DNA of 64,000 bases, from NCBI GenBank assembly GCA_013297755.1, contig JAAFIH010000027.1, forward strand, positions 3,666-67,665. The letters are read 5' to 3'. This stretch comes from Cytophagales bacterium (GTDB taxonomy: Bacteria; Bacteroidota; Bacteroidia; Cytophagales; UBA9547). The number at the start of each line of letters is the position of its first letter. The stretch's first letter is position 1. Positions 29,226-36,770 of the stretch are shown here, one piece after another. Below the pieces are notes generated by a model. That model made no database searches. It had not been told where the DNA came from and saw only the letters and a program-made list of their open reading frames with translations. A program made the translations under genes and the position numbers.

Positions 29226-29462
29226 TTATAGTACTCCAAAATTATCTTCATATTTGTGTAAACATTCATGTTTATTCTTCTCACCACCAAAGTATTGCTT
29301 ATCAATAAATATTTTTTTTATCAATAATTCAAAAAACACTCTATTATTTAAGGTTGAGTCTATTATGATATCTTTTAAAACATATTTTTTGTTAACGAAA
29401 TATGTAGGGTAAGAATTCATACTAATGAAAATAATATAAAGTACTCCAAAAATTATCTTCAT
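29226..29462 (-). pseudogene. Truncated tandem duplicate of the C-terminus of 29422..29949
   Basis: YVLKDIIIDSTLNNRVFFELLIKKIFIDKQYFGGEKNKHECLHKYEDNFGVL aligns with YVLRDYIIDTSINERVFLELFVKKAFIDKKYFGTKGQNECLGKYEDNFW of the upstream gene. The DNA of ~29226-29415 parallels ~29422-29610. Confidence 0.55.
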
Positions 29463-29949
29463 ATTTACCTAAACACTCATTTTGTCCTTTAGTACCAAAG
29501 TATTTTTTATCTATAAAAGCTTTTTTTACAAATAATTCTAAAAATACCCTTTCATTTATTGATGTGTCTATTATATAATCTCTCAATACATAAATGTTTT
29601 TATTAAATTGACTATAGATTAAATACATTTCACCAACTATATCACTATTTATTAATTTTTTTTTATTCAATTTTTCAATAGATACATGTATCTCTCCATA
29701 ATCTGCTGGACCATAATCTACAAAATATTGAGCTAGATTTGTTGAAAATATAATTAATTCATCCTGTGTATGATTAGACAAATCTAATTTTGAGTAATAC
29801 TCGCTAGAAATCAAGGTTGTACATATTAAAGAGTCATATATTACTTCTGCAAACGATATATATTCTTTATTATATGTATCAAATGTATCTAATTTTTCTA
29901 GATTTGAGTCTTCTATTTTTTTAATTTCTAATAATTCGATAACGTTCAT
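29422..29949 (-). CDS. Hypothetical cytoplasmic protein (175 aa), immunity-protein-like orphan
   Basis: It is a clean ORF with no signal peptide. It has a partial paralogue immediately downstream. Confidence 0.55.
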   Translation of the reverse strand: MNVIELLEIKKIEDSNLEKLDTFDTYNKEYISFAEVIYDSLICTTLISSEYYSKLDLSNHTQDELIIFSTNLAQYFVDYGPADYGEIHVSIEKLNKKKLINSDIVGEMYLIYSQFNKNIYVLRDYIIDTSINERVFLELFVKKAFIDKKYFGTKGQNECLGKYEDNFWSTLYYFH

Positions 29950-29969
29950 TTGTTGGAAATTTAAAGTGG

Positions 29970-30299
29970 TTAAAATTGATTAATTAATATACCTTTAACT
30001 AAGTAATATTTATCTAAAATATTCATTTTCAAGGTATTATATTTTTTATTCGCTTTTAATTGGTAATATTTTCCGAAAATCGAATTAATATTTTTGCGTT
30101 CCTCTTCAGTAAGTTTGTGCTTAATCTTTTCATACCTTATTTCAAAAGAGTTTATCTGTCTATCATATTCTTCCCAAGTTGTTTCGTCAGCCGAAAGCTG
30201 ATTGTATTCAACAGTTTGTATAAATTTTTTTAACTCTTTAATAAAGCTAAACTCTTGTTGAAAATTTAGTAATAAAATAATAAATAATAATGTTTTCAT
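29970..30299 (-). CDS. Small secreted helical protein (109 aa)
   Basis: It has an N-terminal hydrophobic leader, MKTLLFIILLLNF. The rest is charged and helical (EEYDRQINSFEIRYEKIKHKLTEEERKNI). Confidence 0.5.
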   Translation of the reverse strand: MKTLLFIILLLNFQQEFSFIKELKKFIQTVEYNQLSADETTWEEYDRQINSFEIRYEKIKHKLTEEERKNINSIFGKYYQLKANKKYNTLKMNILDKYYLVKGILINQF

Positions 30300-30322
30300 G
30301 GATTTTTTTATTAATGTTTAAA

Positions 30323-30353
30323 AATTGTCCCCTGGTATTACCAGGGGACAATT
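30323..30353 (-). terminator. Intrinsic terminator (13-bp perfect stem) for 30358..30819
   Basis: aattgtcccctgg-tatta-ccaggggacaatt. On the minus strand it is followed by TTTT. It sits 5 nt downstream of the stop at 30358. Confidence 0.75.
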
Positions 30354-30357
30354 TGAT

Positions 30358-30819
30358 TTATTTGAATAATGTTAAACCAAAGACAGAAGCTGCCATTGGT
30401 TTAATGATAGGTTTCAGATATGTTTTGAAAATATATATAGAGGGGTGTTCAAATTTGAACAATTTTTTATTAGATTCATGAAGGCATCTTTCAAGATCTA
30501 CAATACGTGATAAATACACATCGTTTTTGGCTCTTGATAAAACATAAGAAATTTGAAAGGCTTTAGGCCTATTTTTTATTGTTTCTGCTGAAATTTGATA
30601 AACATTAGTAAGTTTAGTTAGTTCAGATTCAGTTATATATTGTAATTCATTTAGTAATAAATCACAATTAAACTTAGGTTCTATTTCATATTTTATCATT
30701 CCTTGAATAGTCCTTTTGGCAAGAAATAATATTAGAGGAGGTTCTAAATCTTGAGTCACAAATCGTAAGATGTTGGAATCAATTGTGTCAATCATTTTTT
30801 CTAATTCTGCAACTTTCAT
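30358..30819 (-). CDS. Hypothetical protein (153 aa)
   Basis: It is a clean ORF followed by a strong terminator. No motif was recognised. Confidence 0.55.
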   Translation of the reverse strand: MKVAELEKMIDTIDSNILRFVTQDLEPPLILFLAKRTIQGMIKYEIEPKFNCDLLLNELQYITESELTKLTNVYQISAETIKNRPKAFQISYVLSRAKNDVYLSRIVDLERCLHESNKKLFKFEHPSIYIFKTYLKPIIKPMAASVFGLTLFK

Positions 30820-31155
30820 AATTAAATTGTTTTAACAGATGAATAATAATTTAGAAAAGAGCACAGGGACAATGTCTTCCCCGTGCTATAAATAGGCATC
30901 ATGCAAAACATGAGCTTATCTTTAGATATAAAAATAAAAATCAAAATTTCAAAGAACTTCTGAAGCATCGTTTGCTTCTGGTGTATAGTAGATATTTTTA
31001 TCAAAAAGTAAACCAAATTTTTATTTTTGCCTTTTGATGATACAAAGTTGTTGTAATATTTTAAAAATAAAAAATTGTTATTTAATTATTTTTTAACCTC
31101 AATTATTACTTTAAATTATATTCTTCAAATTTATCTTTCAATATTAGGACAGAAA

Positions 31156-31187
31156 ATGAGGTCTTAATTTTAGGTCTCATTTTTTTT
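31156..31187 (+). terminator. Terminator-like hairpin in the 5' leader of the ECF operon (possible attenuator)
   Basis: atgaggtct-taatttt-aggtctcat forms a 9-bp stem including 2 G-U pairs, followed by T7. It lies 63 nt upstream of ATG 31250, with no plus-strand gene upstream to terminate. Confidence 0.5.
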
Positions 31188-31249
31188 AATAGTTGATTAT
31201 TTTTTTTTAATTTAATTTTTAACATTTGTAAAAATTAAATAAAATTCAA

Positions 31250-31855
31250 ATGAGCAATTTAGATTCAAATCAAAAATCCAATATGTTGGCACTTGCATTT
31301 ATACCTTTAGCAATAGCTATTAATGTAGGTATTGGAGCAATTGTCAAAGCACTTAATTTACCCTTGTATGTAGATTCCATTGGAACAATTATTGCTACTA
31401 TTTTACTTGGGTGGAAAAGAGGTGCTATAGTTGGTGTTTTAGGGTTTGTACTTACCTCAATTATTATTAATCCTTTTGCTATTTATTTTTGTGGCACACA
31501 ATTAGTCATTGCCTTATTGACACATTTTGTTGGCAAAAAAGAAATGTTTAGCAACTTGTTTAAAACAATATTAAGTGGAATTGGCTTAGGTATTGTTTCA
31601 GCCATTGTAAGTGCTCCCATAATTGTTTATCTTTTTCAAGGTGCTACAGGTAATGGAGCATCATTAGTTACATCTTTCTTTGTTAAAATGGGAAATCAAA
31701 TTGTTAATTCAGTTTTATTAAGTGGATTTTCTATTGAACCAATCGACAAAGTTATTCAGTGTATATTAGCCTTTTTAGTTATCAAAGGAATACCAAAAAA
31801 TTTATTAGAAAATTTTAAAGGGGGTAGTTTAAAAGAAAATAATTTTTTAAATTAA
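31250..31855 (+). CDS. ECF-transporter S-component-like 6-TM protein
   Basis: 201 aa with six hydrophobic helices. The motif LPLYVDSIGTIIATILLGWKRGAIVGVLG is of the kind seen in ECF substrate-capture subunits. EcfT- and EcfA-like genes follow directly. Confidence 0.6.
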   Translation: MSNLDSNQKSNMLALAFIPLAIAINVGIGAIVKALNLPLYVDSIGTIIATILLGWKRGAIVGVLGFVLTSIIINPFAIYFCGTQLVIALLTHFVGKKEMFSNLFKTILSGIGLGIVSAIVSAPIIVYLFQGATGNGASLVTSFFVKMGNQIVNSVLLSGFSIEPIDKVIQCILAFLVIKGIPKNLLENFKGGSLKENNFLN

Positions 31856-32577
31856 TGGAGAACAAAAATTATTATATACATCCATTTGTAAGAATTACTT
31901 TTTTGCTTTGTGCATTCACAGGTTCGATATTATGTGATAATGTTTTAATAGTTTTTGCATTTTACTTGACTATAATAGTTCCATTATTTTTTTTACAGAA
32001 TAAAATCTTTACACATCTTAAATTTCTGTTATTGGGTGTTGTTCCAATATTCTTGTCTTTTATACTGCTTAATATTATTGTACTTCAAAGTAAAAGTGGA
32101 GGATGGGAATATATTTTTGAAAGAGTTTTACGGCTTACAGTTTATGCAAGTATATTTCAAATTGTATTAACAATACCAGCAAACGATTTATTTAATACAT
32201 TTAAAAAGTGGGGGTTAAAAGGAGAAAGTTTAGTAACTGTAATTAGTGCATTTGCAGTATGGAGTGAAATTACTAATAGGGCTGATAAAATAGTAACTGC
32301 AAGATTATCTAAAGGGTATGTTAAGAGAAGAAATATTTTTAGTATGGCCATGCAATTCCCTTATACATTGAATCCTTTAATTATTGGAGTTATAAGAACT
32401 GCTGTAGAAAGGGCAGATAGTTGGCACAATAAAAATATTTTGAACTTGATTGATAATTATATAGGTACTGAAAATAAATATAACTTGATTTTAAATACTG
32501 TAATTGTCATTATTAGTATCTCTTATTTGTGTGTTATACTTTTTTTAGTTTTGACTAAATACAATTTTGCACTATGA
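31855..32577 (+). CDS. ECF transporter T component (CbiQ/EcfT-like)
   Basis: 240 aa and multi-TM. The coupling-helix-like Ala-Arg motifs are KIVTARLSKGY and VIRTAVERADSW. The start shares the upstream stop (TAATG). Confidence 0.6.
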   Translation: MENKNYYIHPFVRITFLLCAFTGSILCDNVLIVFAFYLTIIVPLFFLQNKIFTHLKFLLLGVVPIFLSFILLNIIVLQSKSGGWEYIFERVLRLTVYASIFQIVLTIPANDLFNTFKKWGLKGESLVTVISAFAVWSEITNRADKIVTARLSKGYVKRRNIFSMAMQFPYTLNPLIIGVIRTAVERADSWHNKNILNLIDNYIGTENKYNLILNTVIVIISISYLCVILFLVLTKYNFAL

Positions 32578-33791
32578 ATTTAAATGATAAACTAATTTTT
32601 CTTAAAGGAAATAACTTTTCAGGAAGAACTTCATATTTTTTGAATAATTTAAAAAATAGTAATGAAAATGATCAAAGTGAAACCACTTTAATAATAAAAG
32701 AACTACCAGTAAATAATATTACTGGAATATTTAGTAGTGTAATTGAAGAATTAAACTTACACGGTTCAAGCACTGATATGGTACTTAAAGATAATATTTT
32801 TGAGTTTTTATATCAAATTGGTTTTGATGAACATTTTGCAAAAAACCCATTCAGCTTGTCAGGTGGGGAACAAACAATTTTAGTATTAGTCTGTAATCTA
32901 TTGTTGCAACCAAAAGTACTCTTTATTGATACTACAATAGAACAACTGAATGAAACTTGGTATAGACCTTTCTTTGATTTCATAAACAATTGTAATACAG
33001 TATTTAGTAAAATTATTGTTGCTGATAATAGGTATAAAGAATATGGGATAGTCGAATTAAATGAATTTGAGGCAACCAAAGAAAAAATTGAGTATGATAA
33101 TAATTTTGAACTCCCAAAATTATTAAATGACTTGACTAAAAATGATAATAGACAAACCATTTCAGTAAAAAATTTAAGTTTTGGATATTCTAAAAATAAT
33201 TCTATTTTCAAAAATATCAATTTTGATTTTGAAATAGGAAATATTTACCATTTGAAAGGTAAAAATGGAGCAGGTAAATCTACTTTAGCAAAAATACTTA
33301 CAGGTGTTTTGAAAGTACCCGAACAAGCATTGTTTGTTAATGGTAAGATATACAATAGTTTTAAAAAACCAGGTTCATTATGTGGCTATTCGTTTCAAAA
33401 TCCTGATGAACAAATATTTTCTGAAACAATCGAGAACGAAGTGCTACCATTGATTAAAAATGAGCAATCAGAATACACAAAAAGAAGAAATTTGTATTTA
33501 GAAATGTTTGGGCTACAAAACATCAAAAAAAAACACCCCGCAGAAATGCCTTTTGTAATCCGAAAACGCATAGCTTTGGCCTCTACATTGGCTATGGAGA
33601 GGCAATGGTATATTATAGACGAACCAACATTGGGGCAAGACAATAATTTTGTGTGTTTTTTCGCAGATTTATTACATCTTTTATGTCATAATGGCAAAGG
33701 TATTATTTTAATTACCCATTGCAAATTTCTGATACAAAAATTAAATTGCATTGAATTTGTTTTAAAACACGAAAACCATGGCTACAAATAA
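32574..33791 (+). CDS. Fused tandem ABC ATPase (EcfA-A'-like) with one degenerate nucleotide site
   Basis: NBD1 has Walker A GNNFSGRT (Lys replaced by Arg), signature LSGGE and Walker B LFIDTT (no catalytic Glu). NBD2 has Walker A GKNGAGKST, Q-loop FQNPDEQ, a degenerate signature (MPFVIRKR), Walker B YIIDEPT and H-loop ILITHC. Confidence 0.8.
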   Translation: MNLNDKLIFLKGNNFSGRTSYFLNNLKNSNENDQSETTLIIKELPVNNITGIFSSVIEELNLHGSSTDMVLKDNIFEFLYQIGFDEHFAKNPFSLSGGEQTILVLVCNLLLQPKVLFIDTTIEQLNETWYRPFFDFINNCNTVFSKIIVADNRYKEYGIVELNEFEATKEKIEYDNNFELPKLLNDLTKNDNRQTISVKNLSFGYSKNNSIFKNINFDFEIGNIYHLKGKNGAGKSTLAKILTGVLKVPEQALFVNGKIYNSFKKPGSLCGYSFQNPDEQIFSETIENEVLPLIKNEQSEYTKRRNLYLEMFGLQNIKKKHPAEMPFVIRKRIALASTLAMERQWYIIDEPTLGQDNNFVCFFADLLHLLCHNGKGIILITHCKFLIQKLNCIEFVLKHENHGYK

Positions 33792-35058
33792 TAAAGTACT
33801 GAATGTTGTTTCTTGGGAAAAAGTAAAAGAAATGCTCCCAAATGAAAATATACATCAAGAGTTGATTGATGCACTTGATAGTGTATGCTCAACACTTAAA
33901 AAATCTCAAATGGATTACTTTTATTTAGCTGAATTTGAATTTGGAGAATACTTAATAAGCAAAGGGAAATTGGCATTTGAAAATGTTTATATTAATTCAG
34001 CAAACAACAAAACTACATATAATTTTAAAAAAGACACTGAATATACGGAAGACCCTTTAGGATTAATTTTAGAAGGAAATTTAGAAGTTTTTGTAGATAA
34101 TTATTGCAATTTAAACAGATATTATGTACCAATTACTATAATTGAAAATGGGGAGTTATTTGGCACTTTTGGTACATTGGATTATGAAAATAACATTAAA
34201 ATAGGTAAAAAACAACGAGATTGGTTTGTAGTATGTGGTAATCTGGCAACCCTTTATGTTGCATCAGGACTACATACTAATATAGGTGGAAAAGAAGCTT
34301 TGAATGAAAATATAATTAAATTTTTTGAACAAGAAGATGTCAATAAAAAAGTTGATCCATCCAAATGGAAAAGATTTATTAACCAGTATAAGGATACAAA
34401 ATTGAATTGCAAGGTTTTGTATTTCCCAAAACATATAGTCGATTTACTTTTAAAACAAAATAGCTCAATAATTTATAAAATTGGATGGAAACAGGCATTT
34501 CCACTACGAACTGTACTTTTTAACGACAACGAAGTTGCAAATGCCATTGATAAAATTAGAAGTGAGAGTTTAAAAAACAATAGAATTTTTTTACTCAATA
34601 CTTATAGTTTTATATTGAAAGCTGTTAATGGAGAATTGCCAGCTTTTGTACCGATTAAGGAAAATATCAATATACTTGAAAATGCTATCAAAAACTTTTC
34701 AAGCCAAAACCCTAAAGTAAAACCTACTTTTAACCAATTTCTTTATCGTACAGTACCAAAAAATGAAATTGGTTTATTATTTCTTTACTGTTTACCTATT
34801 TTAAATAATTATAAGATTAGTTCCCTTAATGATTTACTGTCAGATATTAAAAAGATAAATGATGAAGTAAAAAGTAATGAGTATAAAGTATGGGAATTTA
34901 TTGAAGGTTACAATAATACAAGGGCAAAAGATTCTTTAGTTAAACATTTTGACAAACTAAAAACCGAATATTTATCAAAATATTTTGACACTGATAAGAG
35001 TAAAATTGTGTTAACCTCTAATGAATTTTCTAATATCATTCTAATTAAAAGAAAGTAA
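33778..35058 (+). CDS. Orphan 426-aa soluble protein, possible cNMP-binding-like beta-barrel near the N-terminus
   Basis: It overlaps the ATPase gene by 14 nt. The segment FEFGEYLISKGK...LGLILEGNLEVFVDN...ITIIENGELFGTFGTLD weakly resembles the CAP/cNMP-binding pattern. I did not recognise the rest. Confidence 0.55.
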   Translation: MATNNKVLNVVSWEKVKEMLPNENIHQELIDALDSVCSTLKKSQMDYFYLAEFEFGEYLISKGKLAFENVYINSANNKTTYNFKKDTEYTEDPLGLILEGNLEVFVDNYCNLNRYYVPITIIENGELFGTFGTLDYENNIKIGKKQRDWFVVCGNLATLYVASGLHTNIGGKEALNENIIKFFEQEDVNKKVDPSKWKRFINQYKDTKLNCKVLYFPKHIVDLLLKQNSSIIYKIGWKQAFPLRTVLFNDNEVANAIDKIRSESLKNNRIFLLNTYSFILKAVNGELPAFVPIKENINILENAIKNFSSQNPKVKPTFNQFLYRTVPKNEIGLLFLYCLPILNNYKISSLNDLLSDIKKINDEVKSNEYKVWEFIEGYNNTRAKDSLVKHFDKLKTEYLSKYFDTDKSKIVLTSNEFSNIILIKRK

Positions 35059-36309
35059 ATGCTGTTCAAAGAATATTCTGTATTAGAAAGATTGCTAATA
35101 AACCACAAGCATAAAAAGAAGCTCAATAATTATTTTATAATTTCTGTACAGCATTTATTGAGTTCTACTGGCTCTATGTTTGAGGCATTAATTCGTTACG
35201 GTTTTGAACCAAATAATATTTTTCTTACTGGAAAACTATACTCAACACATACAGAAACAAAAGAAAAAATAAAGCAGTTGGGTGTGAATGTAATTGATAG
35301 TAGTATAAGCAATAATTTAGGAGAGTATGCTATTACATTAGAAAATGATGTAAAAAAAATGTGGCTTGATTTAGAAAAAGTACTAAAGCCAAATAGCAAA
35401 ATAATTATTTTAGACGATGGAGGTTATACTTTAAAAACTACACCTACCAATATTTTAAACAAATACAAAGTATATGGCATTGAACAAACCACAAGTGGTA
35501 TAAAAATGCAAAAAACTTTTGGTAAATTTCCCGTAATTCATTTGGCTTCATCTGCAAATAAGGTGCTTATAGAACCTAAAATTGTAAGTGAGGCAATAAA
35601 AATACAACTAGGCAAAATCATTGATGACTTAAAGCCAAAAAATATTGGAGTAGTTGGCTATGGAAATATAGGAAAGGCCATAGTTAAAGAGTTTAAAGAC
35701 CAATACAAACTGTTTGCTTTTGATATTAAAAACGAATTAAACAATGAGATAATAGAGGGAGTAGATTACTGTCATAGCATGAATGATATTTTAGAAAATG
35801 TAGATGTTTTGATTGGAGCAACTGGACAAGATATTTCTAATATTGGCTGGATTAGTGAAATTAAAAATAACATTACCCTTATTAGTGCTTCGTCTGGGGA
35901 TATTGAGTTTAATAGCTTATTGAAAAATGCAAAACCTTATCTTATTGAACCTATTAAAACTCCTTTAGATGTACTGCAAATTAAAACATTGAATAACAAA
36001 GTTATTAAAATTTTAAGAGGAGGAATGGTTGCAAATTTTACAGGATTGCCTGATTCAAGTCCAGGAGAAACTATACAAGTTACAAGAGGTTTATTGTTTT
36101 CTGCAATTATTCAAATTGTTGAGAATGAAAAGAAATTTAAAAATAAATATGGAGCAATTATGTTATCACCAATATTGCAAAAAGAAGTTACAAAATACTG
36201 GTTTGATGATCAACCACAACGCAAAAAAGATTACAGCATTACAGTTATTAATGGATTTAAAAGCAATGATTGGATAAAAACCAATTCTGGGGGTACACAC
36301 ATTTGCTAG
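35059..36309 (+). CDS. Divergent S-adenosylhomocysteine-hydrolase-fold NAD-binding protein
   Basis: The following segments are colinear with SAHH motifs recalled from memory: IILDDGGYTLK (SAHH MILDDGGDLTN), GIEQTTSGI (EETTTGV), FPVIHLASSANKVLIEP (FPAINVNDSVTKSKFDN), IGVVGYGNIGKAIV (VVAGYGDVGKGCA), LIGATGQ (VTTTGC). It starts 1 nt after the upstream stop. Confidence 0.65.
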   Translation: MLFKEYSVLERLLINHKHKKKLNNYFIISVQHLLSSTGSMFEALIRYGFEPNNIFLTGKLYSTHTETKEKIKQLGVNVIDSSISNNLGEYAITLENDVKKMWLDLEKVLKPNSKIIILDDGGYTLKTTPTNILNKYKVYGIEQTTSGIKMQKTFGKFPVIHLASSANKVLIEPKIVSEAIKIQLGKIIDDLKPKNIGVVGYGNIGKAIVKEFKDQYKLFAFDIKNELNNEIIEGVDYCHSMNDILENVDVLIGATGQDISNIGWISEIKNNITLISASSGDIEFNSLLKNAKPYLIEPIKTPLDVLQIKTLNNKVIKILRGGMVANFTGLPDSSPGETIQVTRGLLFSAIIQIVENEKKFKNKYGAIMLSPILQKEVTKYWFDDQPQRKKDYSITVINGFKSNDWIKTNSGGTHIC

Positions 36310-36563
36310 CAAATTTTGAAAATGATGAGTTATTATCAAACTTTTTGGATAACTGAAAAATATGCAAAAATTATATAAAAAGAAATTTTAACATCACTTA
36401 CAAAAAATTTGGGTTTAAAGAAAAAAGAAAAATAATTGTGGAATAATCTTTATTATTCCACAAAAATTAATCATTTTTAATGTATTAGCCGAAGTTATCA
36501 CAGCTTAGATAATAGAATATAGTTGCAAATCAATAAACTAAGATATTTTTTATAGAAATAAAT

Positions 36564-36600
36564 AAAAAAATGAGGTCTAGTATTTAGACCTCATTTTTTA
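36564..36600. terminator. Bidirectional intrinsic terminator closing the ECF operon
   Basis: A7-atgaggtct-agtattt-agacctcat-T5 has a perfect 9-bp stem. Its left arm is identical to that of the hairpin at 31156. Confidence 0.7.
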
Positions 36601-36770
36601 ATTTTATTTTTAAAAATAAAATTAAAACATACTTTTTAGCGTAAGAATTGAGGTCAAATCAATTTGAATGAATCGCTTTTTTTTCGTTTTTTTTTTGTAT
36701 TATTTTGAATCGTGGCAGGCAAAATACCTCAAACGGTTTGAGATTTTAACAGCTTGCCACAATATAAAAA

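Noticed and set aside
30822-31016. 64-aa minus-strand ORF upstream of the 153-aa gene
   Set aside because: It has no start context or recognisable features and lies in the AT-rich divergent promoter region. It is probably non-coding.
31020-31155. Known riboswitch (TPP, cobalamin, FMN, preQ1, SAM/SAH) upstream of the ECF operon
   Set aside because: I could not find any conserved core (e.g. CTGAGA...ACCTGATCTGGATAATGCCAGCG for TPP). The region is extremely AT-rich with little potential for a structured aptamer, so only the terminator-like hairpin is reported.
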